Source: an uncultured Bacilli bacterium (GTDB taxonomy: Bacteria > Bacillota_I > Bacilli_A > RF39 > UBA660). From it: a stretch of 64,000 bases of DNA. The position numbers were made by a program, and so were the translations under genes. The stretch lies in the NCBI GenBank assembly GCA_934149515.1, contig CAKPFD010000003.1, positions 8,228-72,227 on the forward strand, read 5' to 3'. Each line of letters starts with the position of its first letter. The first letter of the stretch is position 1. The notes beneath the pieces were generated by a model that did not search any database, was not told the DNA's origin, and worked only from the letters and a program-made list of their open reading frames with translations. Of this stretch, positions 29,929 to 40,808 are shown in pieces.

Positions 29929-30228
29929 ATGGATGATAGATTGACAAAAGAAGAAGTGTTACATGTTGCACATCTTGCTCGTATTGGTTTAAATGAAGAA
30001 GAAATTGAAAAGTTTCAAGTGCAATTAAAGATTTTGTTAGATGATGTAGAAAAAATAAATGATGTAACAGGATACGATGATGAATTGATGTTTACTCCTG
30101 TTATGGAAAGTGCTAGATTAAGAGATGATACAGTAGGAGAAATGTTAGATAGTCATCTTGCTTTAGCAAATGTACCAAGTCGAAATGGAAATTTTATAGA
30201 AGTGCCGGTGATGATTCATGAAGAATAG
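29929..30228 (+). CDS. gatC: Asp/Glu-tRNA(Asn/Gln) amidotransferase subunit C
   Basis: ~99 aa, VLHVAHLARIGLNEEEIEKF. Overlaps gatA. Confidence 0.85.
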   Translation: MDDRLTKEEVLHVAHLARIGLNEEEIEKFQVQLKILLDDVEKINDVTGYDDELMFTPVMESARLRDDTVGEMLDSHLALANVPSRNGNFIEVPVMIHEE

Positions 30229-31642
30229 ATATTTAGATTTAACGTTAGAAGAAATTCATAATTTATTAGTAGAAAAGAAAATTACACCAGTTGATTTAGC
30301 AACGGAAGCTTTAGAACGTATTAAAGAAAATGAAGAATTGAATGCTTTTATTACTATCAATGAAAACGTAATAGAAGAAGCGAAAGCGATGAATGACGTA
30401 GAGAAAGACAATCTTTTTTATGGAATTCCTATTGCTATCAAAGATAATATTATGACAAAGGACTTAAGGACGACTTGTGCTTCTAAAATGTTAGAGAATT
30501 TTATTCCTATTTATGATGCAACGGTGGTAGAAAAATTAAAAGCTAACCATTTATTAATCGTTGGTAAAACTAATATGGATGAGTTTGCCATGGGTTCTAC
30601 TAGTCGTACTAGTTATTTTGGAGCACCTTTAAATCCGCGCGATAAAACAAAGATTGCAGGAGGTTCTAGTGGTGGATCGGCTGCTTGCGTTGCTGCTGGT
30701 ATTGTGCCTTTTTCCTTAGGTAGTGATACAGGAGGTAGTATTCGTCAACCTGCTAGTTATACAGGTATTGTTGGGATGAAGCCAACTTATGGTAGAGTTT
30801 CTCGTTATGGTTTAGTTGCTTTTGCTTCTAGTTTAGATCAAATTGGTCCGATGAGCAGAACTGTTAAAGAAAATGCGATGCTTTTAAATATTTTAGTTGG
30901 AGAAGATGAAAAAGATTTAACTTCTGCTAAGAAAGACAAGGAAGACTTTACAAGAAAAATAGGGCACCCGATTACTTCTTTGAAAATTGCTGTACCTAGT
31001 TATTTTATGAGTGATGTTGTTTCTACTGAAATAAGAGAAAAAATCGAAACAGTCGTTGCTTTTTTGCAAGAACAAGGTGCAAGAGTTGATGTTGTTTCTA
31101 TGAAATATTTAGAACATGCAGTTAGTTTATATCAAATTATTGCGATGGGAGAAGCTAGTAGTAATTTAGCACGTTTTGATGGCGTTCGTTATGGTTATCG
31201 CTGTGAAAATCCAGTAAATATTGAAGACATGTATTGTCGTAGTAGGCAAGAAGGCTTTGGAGATGAAGTAAAACGAAGAATTATGGTTGGTTCTTATTTA
31301 CTTAGTGGAAAGAATGCAACAGAATATTATAATAAAGCTTTATCGATTCGTGATGATATGAAAAAAGAATTTGATAAAGTATTTGCTGATTATGATTTGA
31401 TAATTGGACCAACTACTACTACTGTTGCTTATGGAATTGATGAATCTTTAGATGATCCAAAAAAATCATTTATGGATGATGTATTGGTTATTCCTGTTAA
31501 TATGGCTGGATTACCTGGTATTTCTGTTCCTTTAAAAACAGATACTTTACCAATTGGTTTACATATTATTGGAAAAGCCTTTGATGAAGCGACAATGTAT
31601 CAATTGGCAAGTTTTATTGAGGAGGGATATCATGGAGTATAA
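30218..31642 (+). CDS. gatA: Glutamyl-tRNA(Gln) amidotransferase subunit A
   Basis: Amidase signature GGSSGGSAA...GSDTGGSIRQPAS. Confidence 0.95.
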   Translation: MKNRYLDLTLEEIHNLLVEKKITPVDLATEALERIKENEELNAFITINENVIEEAKAMNDVEKDNLFYGIPIAIKDNIMTKDLRTTCASKMLENFIPIYDATVVEKLKANHLLIVGKTNMDEFAMGSTSRTSYFGAPLNPRDKTKIAGGSSGGSAACVAAGIVPFSLGSDTGGSIRQPASYTGIVGMKPTYGRVSRYGLVAFASSLDQIGPMSRTVKENAMLLNILVGEDEKDLTSAKKDKEDFTRKIGHPITSLKIAVPSYFMSDVVSTEIREKIETVVAFLQEQGARVDVVSMKYLEHAVSLYQIIAMGEASSNLARFDGVRYGYRCENPVNIEDMYCRSRQEGFGDEVKRRIMVGSYLLSGKNATEYYNKALSIRDDMKKEFDKVFADYDLIIGPTTTTVAYGIDESLDDPKKSFMDDVLVIPVNMAGLPGISVPLKTDTLPIGLHIIGKAFDEATMYQLASFIEEGYHGV

Positions 31643-33050
31643 AGCAACTATAGGAATTGAAGTCCATGTAGAATTAAAAACAAACAGTAAGATTTTTTCA
31701 AATAGTGCTAATTGTTATGGTATGCCTACTAATACTTGTGTTAATGCTGTTGATTTAGGATATCCTGGTACACTTCCTACTATCAATCAACAAGTTTTGG
31801 CACTTGGAGTTAAAGCTTGTCATATTTTACATTGTACTATTCAAAAAGAAATGCACTTTGATCGTAAAAACTATTTTTATCCTGATAATCCTAAAAATTA
31901 TCAAATTACTCAAAATAGAACACCGATTGGAACGAATGGTTATTTAGAAATTGAAGTCGATGGTGTTACGAAAAAAATAGAAATAGAAGAGATGCATATT
32001 GAAGAAGATACTTGTAAAAGTGCACACCGTGGTAGTGTTAGCTTACTTGATTTTAATCGTGCTGGTGTTCCTTTAATTGAAATTGTTACAAAACCTTGTA
32101 TTTCTTCTAGTGCAGAAGCAATGGCTTATCTTGAAAAATTAAAAGAAACCTTGTTTTATGCTGATATTTCTGATTGTAAAATGGAAGAAGGAAGTATGCG
32201 TTGTGATGCCAATGTTTCTATTTCTAAAACTGATGTCTTAGGAACAAAATGCGAAATTAAAAATATTGGTTCTATTCATAATGTTGGACTTAGTATTACT
32301 AAAGAAATCGAACGACAAAAAGAATGCTATGAAAAAAATGAAATGATTAAAGAGCAAACAAGACGATTTGATGATAAATTACAAACTACTGTCTTAATGC
32401 GTTATAAAGAAACAGGTAATGATTATCGCTATTTTCCAGAACCAGATATTCCTTTTGTACATCTTGATGATACCTTTATTGAAAATGCTTTAAAAGATTT
32501 ACCATTATTACCAGATGAATTAAGAGAAAAATATCAACAACTTGGCTTAAATACTATTCAAATTCAAAAATTGATTGCAAATCGCAGCTTAAACCAATTC
32601 TTTTTACAAGTATTAGAATTTCCATGTGATTATAAAATAGCTTGTAATTTATTACTTGGTGACATATCATCTTACTTAAATAGAAAATCTGTTTCTATTT
32701 TTGAAACAAAACTTTGTGCCAAAAAGCTAGTAGATGTTATTGCTTTATTAGAAAAAGGCGAAATTTCTACTAAGAACATTAAAGAAATGATCGATGATTT
32801 AATGAAATCTGATAAAAGTATAGAAGAAATATTAAAAGATAAAAACATTCAAAATATTTGTGATGACACTCTTATTTTAGACATTATTCAAAAAGTACTT
32901 ATTGCTAATCCTAGTAGTGTTTCTGATTATCAACAAGGAAAAGATCGAGCATTAAAATTCTTAATGGGACAAGTTATGAAAGAAACAAAGGGTAGTGTCA
33001 ATCCAAAAAAAGCTAATGATCTATTGATAGAACAACTAAAAAAAATGTAA
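31632..33050 (+). CDS. gatB: Asp/Glu-tRNA amidotransferase subunit B
   Basis: MEYKATIGIEVHVELKT start with RBS GGAGGG. Overlaps the gatA stop. Confidence 0.95.
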   Translation: MEYKATIGIEVHVELKTNSKIFSNSANCYGMPTNTCVNAVDLGYPGTLPTINQQVLALGVKACHILHCTIQKEMHFDRKNYFYPDNPKNYQITQNRTPIGTNGYLEIEVDGVTKKIEIEEMHIEEDTCKSAHRGSVSLLDFNRAGVPLIEIVTKPCISSSAEAMAYLEKLKETLFYADISDCKMEEGSMRCDANVSISKTDVLGTKCEIKNIGSIHNVGLSITKEIERQKECYEKNEMIKEQTRRFDDKLQTTVLMRYKETGNDYRYFPEPDIPFVHLDDTFIENALKDLPLLPDELREKYQQLGLNTIQIQKLIANRSLNQFFLQVLEFPCDYKIACNLLLGDISSYLNRKSVSIFETKLCAKKLVDVIALLEKGEISTKNIKEMIDDLMKSDKSIEEILKDKNIQNICDDTLILDIIQKVLIANPSSVSDYQQGKDRALKFLMGQVMKETKGSVNPKKANDLLIEQLKKM

Positions 33051-33138
33051 AGATGGTAAAATTTACTGTCTTTTTTTGATTTTTGCTTGCTTAATTTAAA
33101 ATATTTGTTATACTTAGGATAATAGAAGGAGAGGAAAA

Positions 33139-34494
33139 ATGAAAAAGAAATTATTTGGGTCTTTAGCATTTTTATCAGTTCTTGCGATGCCTTTTGCTGT
33201 AGATGCTAAAACCATCAACTCTGATTTTACATTAAGTGAAGACATTACAGATGGTATTGTTTTAACTTCTGGTAGTAAAGCAACGCTTGATTTAGCAGGT
33301 CATAATATTACCAATAGTGGTGAACATACTATCATTGTAGAAAAAGGCGCAACCTTAACTATTAAAGGTAAAGGACAAGTTACTGCTGATACAAAGGGTA
33401 AAGCAGTATTACAAAACAATGGTACTTTAATTGTAAAAGATGGTACTTATAGTCGTGTTGAAACACCAACCAATGGTTATTATGTATTTGAAAACCATGG
33501 TAGTGCAACTATTGATGGTGGAACATTTAAAATTTCTTCACCAACAATCACGGATAATGGAGCTTCATCTTTAATCGATAATGGATGGCAATTTCCTGAA
33601 AAAAATACCGATAAAACAAGATCAACATTAGTTATTAATGATGGTAATTTTGAAATAACAGATAATAATAAATATATTAAAAATGATGATTTTGGTGATA
33701 TGACAGTTAATGGTGGTACCTTTACAACTGATAAAAATTCATCAGCAGTTTTAGCTAATATTGGTGCAGATGCTAACTTAACAGTTAATGGTGGAACTTA
33801 TAATCATAATGGTATTGGAAAAAGTGGTAATCCAACAGAACCAATTTGGAATTATGCAGGTGAAACAACTATTACTGGTGGTATTTATCATTTAGTAAGT
33901 GATAAAGTAAACATTACTGATGGTGGAACATTAAAAGTTGACTTCAATCAATATACAGATACAGAAACAGGAGAAACTTATACACTTCGTGAAGAGGATT
34001 TAGATGATTTTCTTAGTATTGATGAAGTAAAAGAAGATGATCTTGATGAAGATGTAGCAAAACTAATTAAAGAAGCAGCAAGTAAATATACAATTGCAGG
34101 ATTTTATAATATTGACTTATTTACTGGATTAAATGAAAATACTTTATTTGAACAAGTATTAGAAACAGAAGATAAAGTAACTGTTACCTTAGCAATTCCT
34201 GAAGGATTAAAAGAAGTAGCAGATGGATATAAACGTATTTATTATGTTATCCGTGTTCATGATGGCAAAACAGAAGTCTTAAATACAACAGTAAATGAAG
34301 ATGGAACACTTTCATTTGATACAGATAAATTCTCAACTTATTCATTAGTTTATACAGATGAAAAAGTACAAACAAATGAAGTCGTAGAAAATCCAAATAC
34401 AGCTGATCCAATTGCTTTCTATGGAATGATTGGAGCAATTAGTTTAGCTGGTGTTGCTGGAGCTAGTGTTTATTTCAAAAAACATCAAAACTAA
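33139..34494 (+). CDS. Surface protein with signal peptide, beta-helix-like repeats and C-terminal TM anchor
   Basis: Signal peptide, repetitive G/T/N-rich beta-strand-like segments, C-terminal hydrophobic anchor plus KKHQN tail. Confidence 0.45.
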   Translation: MKKKLFGSLAFLSVLAMPFAVDAKTINSDFTLSEDITDGIVLTSGSKATLDLAGHNITNSGEHTIIVEKGATLTIKGKGQVTADTKGKAVLQNNGTLIVKDGTYSRVETPTNGYYVFENHGSATIDGGTFKISSPTITDNGASSLIDNGWQFPEKNTDKTRSTLVINDGNFEITDNNKYIKNDDFGDMTVNGGTFTTDKNSSAVLANIGADANLTVNGGTYNHNGIGKSGNPTEPIWNYAGETTITGGIYHLVSDKVNITDGGTLKVDFNQYTDTETGETYTLREEDLDDFLSIDEVKEDDLDEDVAKLIKEAASKYTIAGFYNIDLFTGLNENTLFEQVLETEDKVTVTLAIPEGLKEVADGYKRIYYVIRVHDGKTEVLNTTVNEDGTLSFDTDKFSTYSLVYTDEKVQTNEVVENPNTADPIAFYGMIGAISLAGVAGASVYFKKHQN

Positions 34495-34518
34495 TTTTTA
34501 ATAATATTTTTTAGAACT

Positions 34519-34547
34519 AACTAGATAATGTATCTAGTTTTTTCTTT
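34519..34547 (+). terminator. Rho-independent terminator
   Basis: Inverted repeat AACTAGATA...TATCTAGTT (9 bp stem) followed by a T-tract. Confidence 0.7.
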
Positions 34548-34617
34548 TGTAACTATCTATTGAAAGAATTCCTATCCTTGTGCTATAATGTTATCATTAG
34601 GATGGTGTTAGAAATAG

Positions 34618-35082
34618 ATGAAAGATTTTAAAAAATTATTAAAAAATAACAAAAGAGCAGTTATCGTATTTATTTGTTGTATGATTTTAACCATTGGTGT
34701 TTTTACGGTTAAACTTGTCTTTTTCCCTAATAATGGAAAAGCAATTTATGGTGATCGTTTGGACGGAATTGAAAAGGTACGTATTAGAGATAGTAAACTA
34801 GAACAAATTAAATCTACCTTAGAAGAAAAAGAAGAAGTAGATAGTGTATCTACTAATGTATCTGGTAGAATCTTAAATGTCATGATTACTGTCAAAAAAG
34901 ATACAAGTGTTGATACAGCAAAAACTTTTACAGATAAAATTGATGAAGCATTAGATGAAGATCAGAAAGATTATTTTGATGTTCAAATATTTATTACTAA
35001 AAATGAAGAAGACGAGAAATTCCCTATTATAGGTTATCGCCATCAAAATAATGATCATTATTCATGGACGAAGGATAGATAG
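34618..35082 (+). CDS. N-terminally anchored protein of unknown function
   Basis: 154 aa, single N-terminal TM, acidic C-terminus. Confidence 0.4.
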   Translation: MKDFKKLLKNNKRAVIVFICCMILTIGVFTVKLVFFPNNGKAIYGDRLDGIEKVRIRDSKLEQIKSTLEEKEEVDSVSTNVSGRILNVMITVKKDTSVDTAKTFTDKIDEALDEDQKDYFDVQIFITKNEEDEKFPIIGYRHQNNDHYSWTKDR

Positions 35083-35090
35083 GAGCAATC

Positions 35091-37136
35091 ATGAAAAAGA
35101 AAACAATTATTATATTACCGATTATTGTCGTGGTAGCGGTATTTTTAGGTGTTTATTTCTATTATAATAAACAAGATGCTAAGAATACATTGACTGTAAC
35201 AGAAAAAAAATGGGTAGAAAATAATAAAACAAATGTTGTTGATTTTGAAGTTATTAATGATTATCCTTTGTATGGTATGAATGGAACAGGTGTCTTTTTT
35301 GATTTTTTAGCAGATTTTCAAAAAAATGTTGGACTTGAATTTAACCAAATTCCTTATAATAAAACAGAATCTTGTACTAAAAATTATTTTTGCTTTCGAG
35401 TATTAGAAGCAGATGAAAAACTAACAGATAAAGACCTATTATTATTTACGGATGGTTATATAGCTTTAGGAAAAGATTATGTGCGTTTAAACCATGTTTC
35501 TGATATGCATGATTTGACGTTTGGTGTTTTCCAAAATGATGCCGCATTAATTAGTTATTACTTAAAATCTGGTTCTAATTTAGTTTATAAAACTTATCAA
35601 ACGATTGATGAGATGTTTCAAGCTTTAGATCAAGATGAAGTTGATATGGTTATTATTCCAAATATTATGTATTTAGATAAGACGATTGGAAAAAGTAATT
35701 ATTCTATTAACTATTATTTTACAGAATTAAATCGTCAAGTTGTGTTGACACTTAGTGATAATAATACGCAATTAAATGCCATTGTTCAAAAATATTTTAA
35801 TAAATGGAAAAATAAGCGTTATGTTTCAGAATATAACCAAGCGTATTTAAATTATTATGTTGAAAAAAATAATTTATCTGCCAAAACAAAAGCTGATTTA
35901 ATATCTAAAAATTACGTTTATGGTTATGTTGAAAATACACCGTATGAAATAGAAGTCGATGGAAAAGTAGCTGGTATTGCTGGTGAATATATTAATCGTA
36001 TTAGTCGTTTGACAGATATTAGTTTCACTTATAAAAAATATGCAACAAGACAAGCTTTGAAACAAGCTATTGATAAAGGTGATGTTGATATTTATTTTGA
36101 TTATTATGATGATGGAGCTAGTCGTAGTAATTATTTAGCAACACTTTCGACTTTTGTTGAAGATTATGTTGTTCTTGGTAGACAAAAAGATCATCATATT
36201 ATCAATTCTTTTGAAAGCTTAAAAGATCAAGAAATTGCAATGCTTCCTGATAATGCTTTGTATCGCTATTTTGAAAATAGTAGTCGTAGTCAAATTACAA
36301 CATATGAAAATTTAGAAGAACTATCTCAAAAAGCAAAAGACAAATTGTTAGTAGTTGATCGAGAAGTTTATAACCATTATAAAAATATTTACTTTAAAAA
36401 ATATGATGCTTTATATACCAATACAATGCTTAATGATTATAAATTTATGGTAAAACAAGATAATGAAGCTTTTTACAATTTATTTAATTATATTATCAAT
36501 ACTAATTCTTATTATAATTACCGTAATAGTGGACTTGATGATATTAACCGTTCTACGATGGAAAGAAAGTCATTTTCACAATTGTTCTTTATCATCTTAG
36601 CACTTGTTTCCTTACCTTTAATTGTACTTTTTGTTCTATTTATTTTCTTTAAACAAAAACATAAAATCAAAAAAGTTAGAAAAGAAGATAGACATAAATA
36701 TACTGACTTGCTGACATCGTTGAAAAACCGTAATTATCTGAATAAAAAGACACCAGAATGGGAAGCTAGTAAAGTTTATCCACAAGCCATTGTGATGATT
36801 GATTTAAATAATGTTAAATATGTCAATGATAACTATGGTCATGAAGAAGGCGATAAGCTAATTGTAAAAGCTGCTTCTATATTGGTAAATACACAGCTTG
36901 AAAATAGTGAAATTATTCGAACTGATGGTAATGAATTTTTGATTTATCTTGTTGGTTATAGTGAACAGCAAGTATCTACTTATGCGCAAAAGCTTTCTAA
37001 AGAATTAAAAGATTTACCACATGAATTTGGAGCTGGTGTTGGTTATAGTATGATATTAGATGATATTAAAAGTTTAGATGATGCTATTAATGAAGCAACC
37101 CTTGAAATGATGACTAAAAAACAAGGCTTAAAGTAA
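35091..37136 (+). CDS. Membrane-bound GGDEF-domain protein with degenerate active site (DGNEF)
   Basis: N-terminal TM, large extracytoplasmic domain, second TM, then a GGDEF-family fold (MIDLNNVKYVNDNYGHEEGDKLI...RTDGNEFLIYL). Confidence 0.7.
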   Translation: MKKKTIIILPIIVVVAVFLGVYFYYNKQDAKNTLTVTEKKWVENNKTNVVDFEVINDYPLYGMNGTGVFFDFLADFQKNVGLEFNQIPYNKTESCTKNYFCFRVLEADEKLTDKDLLLFTDGYIALGKDYVRLNHVSDMHDLTFGVFQNDAALISYYLKSGSNLVYKTYQTIDEMFQALDQDEVDMVIIPNIMYLDKTIGKSNYSINYYFTELNRQVVLTLSDNNTQLNAIVQKYFNKWKNKRYVSEYNQAYLNYYVEKNNLSAKTKADLISKNYVYGYVENTPYEIEVDGKVAGIAGEYINRISRLTDISFTYKKYATRQALKQAIDKGDVDIYFDYYDDGASRSNYLATLSTFVEDYVVLGRQKDHHIINSFESLKDQEIAMLPDNALYRYFENSSRSQITTYENLEELSQKAKDKLLVVDREVYNHYKNIYFKKYDALYTNTMLNDYKFMVKQDNEAFYNLFNYIINTNSYYNYRNSGLDDINRSTMERKSFSQLFFIILALVSLPLIVLFVLFIFFKQKHKIKKVRKEDRHKYTDLLTSLKNRNYLNKKTPEWEASKVYPQAIVMIDLNNVKYVNDNYGHEEGDKLIVKAASILVNTQLENSEIIRTDGNEFLIYLVGYSEQQVSTYAQKLSKELKDLPHEFGAGVGYSMILDDIKSLDDAINEATLEMMTKKQGLK

Positions 37137-37150
37137 GATAGGAGTAGAAA

Positions 37151-37987
37151 ATGGAGCGAGCAAGGGAATTTTTTAAAAAAGTTATTTTTATTATAAAAAG
37201 ACCCGAGATGAGGATTTTACCTGGTCAGCTCGCTTTTTTTATTGTTGTATCTCTTATTCCTTTAGTTGCTTTAGTTGGTTCTATTGGAACAAAATTTGGA
37301 CTATCATCAGCAACTGTTAAAGAATTATTAGAAAGTAATGTACCAGAAGCAGTTGTTTCTATGTTAATTCCTAATACAACTACACAAGGTTTAAATTTTA
37401 ATATTATTGTTTTCTTTATCGCTGCTTTTCTTTTGGCAAGTAATGGTCCTTATTCTATGATTAATACTTCTAATGAAATTTATAAGATTAAGGGGATGAA
37501 TGAATTAAAAAGAAGAGCAAAAGCGATTTTAATGACAATTATCTTAGTAAGTTTGTTTATTTTCTTGTTGTTAGTTCCTGCTTTTGGGGATACATTACTT
37601 ACTACTTTAAGTGTGCGATTGCAAAATGATAAATTGTATCATCTCATTGAAGTTAGTTATCATCTTTGTAAATATCCATTTTCGTTAGTATTGATTTATT
37701 TTAATATTAAACTTTTGTATACCCTAGCACCTGATATTCCAATTCGCAGTCAAAGTACAGTACCTGGAGCTTTATTTACAACAGTGATGTGGTTGATTAG
37801 TTCTAAAATTTATGCATTTTACATCAAGTTTTTTTCTCACTATGATATTTTTTATGGTAGTATGTCTAATATTTTGGTATTGTTATTCTGGGTTTATATT
37901 TTGGCTTATATATTCACGCTTGGAATGAGTTTTAATGCGACTGGTATTATGGAAGATGTAAAAAATCAAAACAAAGATGAAATTTAA
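37151..37987 (+). CDS. YihY/BrkB-family membrane protein
   Basis: N-terminal motif LPGQLAFFIVVSLIPL and polytopic profile. Confidence 0.7.
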   Translation: MERAREFFKKVIFIIKRPEMRILPGQLAFFIVVSLIPLVALVGSIGTKFGLSSATVKELLESNVPEAVVSMLIPNTTTQGLNFNIIVFFIAAFLLASNGPYSMINTSNEIYKIKGMNELKRRAKAILMTIILVSLFIFLLLVPAFGDTLLTTLSVRLQNDKLYHLIEVSYHLCKYPFSLVLIYFNIKLLYTLAPDIPIRSQSTVPGALFTTVMWLISSKIYAFYIKFFSHYDIFYGSMSNILVLLFWVYILAYIFTLGMSFNATGIMEDVKNQNKDEI

Positions 37988-38097
37988 TGAGTAGTAAAAA
38001 TATTGTAGAATAAAATAAGTAAAGTTTGAATTTAATTTTACTTATTTTTTGATAAATTAATTTTGTTTTTTTCTTTTTTATGTTATTCTTATAATAG

Positions 38098-38865
38098 ATG
38101 GAGGAAGAAACGATGGAAGAAGAAAAGAAGAAAAATAATGTCGTTTTAATTGTTTTGGTAGTATTATTAGGTTTAGCTTGCTTAGGTATGGGTGCTTATA
38201 TTTTTATGGATAAAAATCAAGATAAAACTACTAAATCATCAATAACAGATACAAAGGTTAAAGAAGAGCAAAATAATGATACTTCAGATGATAGTGCAAC
38301 TAAAGATAATTCAACCAAAGATAATGCAAAGAATAACGTAAATACACAGAATACACAAAATACAGTTTTATTTGATAGTTCTAAATCACTAAATACTACA
38401 GGAAATACCTATAGTTTACATTGTTCAGGTCCCGCTGGAATATTTGTTAGTGTCAATGCTGATCCAAAGGAGATGACATTTAACTTTACACCATCAAGAG
38501 TAGTTGAATATTATCCTTTGAATTGGTCTAGTTCTAGTACGGATGTTAGCAGTAGCGTTATTCGTTTTGATAAAAAGATTGTTGATTTGTTTTTTGGTGG
38601 AATGGGACAAGATGTTACATCTGATACATTATTTATTCTATTAGAAGATGGAACAGTGGAATATATTCCTCTTGTTCATATGTTTCAACATGCACAAGAT
38701 GCACCAGTGTCTTATGGAAAGGTACCTGGTGTAAGTGGTGTTACGAAGTTTATTATGTCAAATGTTACTAGTGGTTATACTGGATGGGTTACTACTTTAG
38801 CAATTCGAAGTGATGGAAGTTTCTATGATATGAGAGAAGCTTTGAAGAATACAGGAAACTATTAA
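38098..38865 (+). CDS. N-terminally anchored secreted protein, unknown function
   Basis: TM/signal anchor, low-complexity linker, globular C-terminal domain. Confidence 0.4.
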   Translation: MEEETMEEEKKKNNVVLIVLVVLLGLACLGMGAYIFMDKNQDKTTKSSITDTKVKEEQNNDTSDDSATKDNSTKDNAKNNVNTQNTQNTVLFDSSKSLNTTGNTYSLHCSGPAGIFVSVNADPKEMTFNFTPSRVVEYYPLNWSSSSTDVSSSVIRFDKKIVDLFFGGMGQDVTSDTLFILLEDGTVEYIPLVHMFQHAQDAPVSYGKVPGVSGVTKFIMSNVTSGYTGWVTTLAIRSDGSFYDMREALKNTGNY

Positions 38866-38892
38866 TTATGATAAAGAATTGGGTGAATCATT

Positions 38893-40470
38893 TTGGAAAA
38901 AGAAAAGATAGAAAATAATCAATCTCAAAAGAAAAAACATTCAACAAGAAATATTATTTTAGCAATACTTGCTATTTTACTTGTTTGTGTTGTTGGTGGA
39001 GTGGGAGCTTATGTTTTTTATCAACCAAAGAGTACACCAACGAAAAAAGATGATGATCAAAAAGTATCTATTTATCGATTTAAAGGAAATGATATCGAAG
39101 ACTTTGATATGTCATTTTTAAAACTTGAAAATAATGATAAAAATAAAATTTATAGTCCATTATCTATTAAATATGCTTTAGCTATGTTACAAGCTGGTAC
39201 TAAAGGAAGTTCAAAGGCTCAAATTGATAGCTTATTTGATGAATATAAATTTAAAAAATATACAACAAGTGATCATTTGTCTTTTGCTAATGCTTTATTT
39301 GTTTCTAATGCTTTTAAGAAAAATGTAAAATCTACTTATATTGAAAAATTAAAAAAAGATTACTATGCAGATGTTATTTTTGATTCCTTTGATAATGCAG
39401 CTGCTGTAAATCAATGGATTGATAATAAAACATTTCATCTTATTCCTAATTTAATTGATGATAGTACTGTTTCAAGCCTTGATTTTCTATTGGTGAATGC
39501 TCTTGCAATCGATATGGAATGGAATAAATTTATTCAAGCGACAACTTCTTCTGCTCGTGAAGATCATTATAGTGTTCATTATGATCATGAAGATTATTAT
39601 ACCTATGTTCCAATTATTAGTGGAAGTTATGGTACACTTTTATTTAATCAAAAAGATGAAGTGGAGGCTTTGGAATTTGGGGCTTCTATCAATAAATATG
39701 ATATTGTTAATACATTAGGTAGGGATAATATTAAACAATTAATTTCATCTGAGTATCAAAAATGGTTGCAAGAAGATGAATATAATTATCAATATGCACA
39801 AGAAGAAAATGAATTAGATGTTGATGCTTATACAGAAAAATTTATTCAAGAGCTTGATGCTAACTATAAAAAATTAGATACTTCTACTGATTTTTATTTT
39901 TACAATGATGATTCTTACAAAGTGTTTGGTAAAGATTTGAAAACGTATGATAATACAACATTAGAATATGTTGCTATTATGCCGAAAACAGAAGAGTTAA
40001 GTCAATTTATTCAAAATACAACGGCTAAAAAAATAAGTGAATTAGTTGGAAATTTGAAACCAATTGCTCTTGATCAATTTGAAGATGGAGCCGTTACTAA
40101 AATAACTGGAAAAGTACCATTATTTCAATTTAGTTATGATTTGGATTTGGAAAATGATTTGAAAAAACTTGGTATAAAAGATGTATTTGATGAAAAGAAA
40201 GCAGACTTATCTAATCTTGCTTCTGATGCCCATATTGAAGAAGTACTTCATAAAGCGACGATTGATTTTTCTAATGAAGGAATTAAAGCAGCAGCAGCAA
40301 CGATAGAAGCTGGTATGGGTTCTACAAGCTTTGGTTTTGAACACTTATTTAAAATTCCTGTGATTGAAATAGATATAACTTTTGATAAACCTTACTTATT
40401 CTTAATACGTGATAAAGATAGTGGAGAAGTTTGGTTTGTTGGTAGTGTTTATCAACCTAACGTTCATTAA
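38893..40470 (+). CDS. Serpin-family serine protease inhibitor with N-terminal membrane anchor
   Basis: C-terminal serpin hallmark IDFSNEGIKAAAATIEAGMGS (hinge/reactive-centre loop) and FLFLIRDKDSGEVWFVGSVYQP. Confidence 0.8.
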   Translation: MEKEKIENNQSQKKKHSTRNIILAILAILLVCVVGGVGAYVFYQPKSTPTKKDDDQKVSIYRFKGNDIEDFDMSFLKLENNDKNKIYSPLSIKYALAMLQAGTKGSSKAQIDSLFDEYKFKKYTTSDHLSFANALFVSNAFKKNVKSTYIEKLKKDYYADVIFDSFDNAAAVNQWIDNKTFHLIPNLIDDSTVSSLDFLLVNALAIDMEWNKFIQATTSSAREDHYSVHYDHEDYYTYVPIISGSYGTLLFNQKDEVEALEFGASINKYDIVNTLGRDNIKQLISSEYQKWLQEDEYNYQYAQEENELDVDAYTEKFIQELDANYKKLDTSTDFYFYNDDSYKVFGKDLKTYDNTTLEYVAIMPKTEELSQFIQNTTAKKISELVGNLKPIALDQFEDGAVTKITGKVPLFQFSYDLDLENDLKKLGIKDVFDEKKADLSNLASDAHIEEVLHKATIDFSNEGIKAAAATIEAGMGSTSFGFEHLFKIPVIEIDITFDKPYLFLIRDKDSGEVWFVGSVYQPNVH

Positions 40471-40553
40471 TGTAAAACAATAGACACATTTTACCTAAAA
40501 AATGTGTCTTTTTCTTTGGTTTTATCTTTTTCTATGATATACTGACTTAGATA

Positions 40554-40808
40554 TTATAGCATATCTACTCGTTTAGGAAGAGATTTTGCTTTTTTCGCAG
40601 TTGTTTCTTCTAACAATGCTTTTGGTAATATTTGAAGAGCTTGTGCAATTTGATCAATTGTTGACGAATAAATATTATATTTTCCAGTTTCAATAACACT
40701 AATATATGCTGTTTTAAAACCAGCTATTTCTCCAAATTGTTCTTGTGTTAGATGTTTTTGATATCGGTACCATTTTGTATTTAGACCGACTAATTCACTT
40801 GTAGTCAT
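40554..40808 (-). CDS. XRE-family helix-turn-helix transcriptional regulator
   Basis: HTH segment LTQEQFGEIAGFKTAYISVIETGK. Confidence 0.6.
   Translation of the reverse strand: MTTSELVGLNTKWYRYQKHLTQEQFGEIAGFKTAYISVIETGKYNIYSSTIDQIAQALQILPKALLEETTAKKAKSLPKRVDML

Noticed and set aside
31554-31631. Upstream ATG start (31554) for gatB
   Set aside because: The conserved GatB N-terminus begins at MEYKATIGIEVH (31632), which has an RBS. The longer form would overlap gatA by 89 nt.
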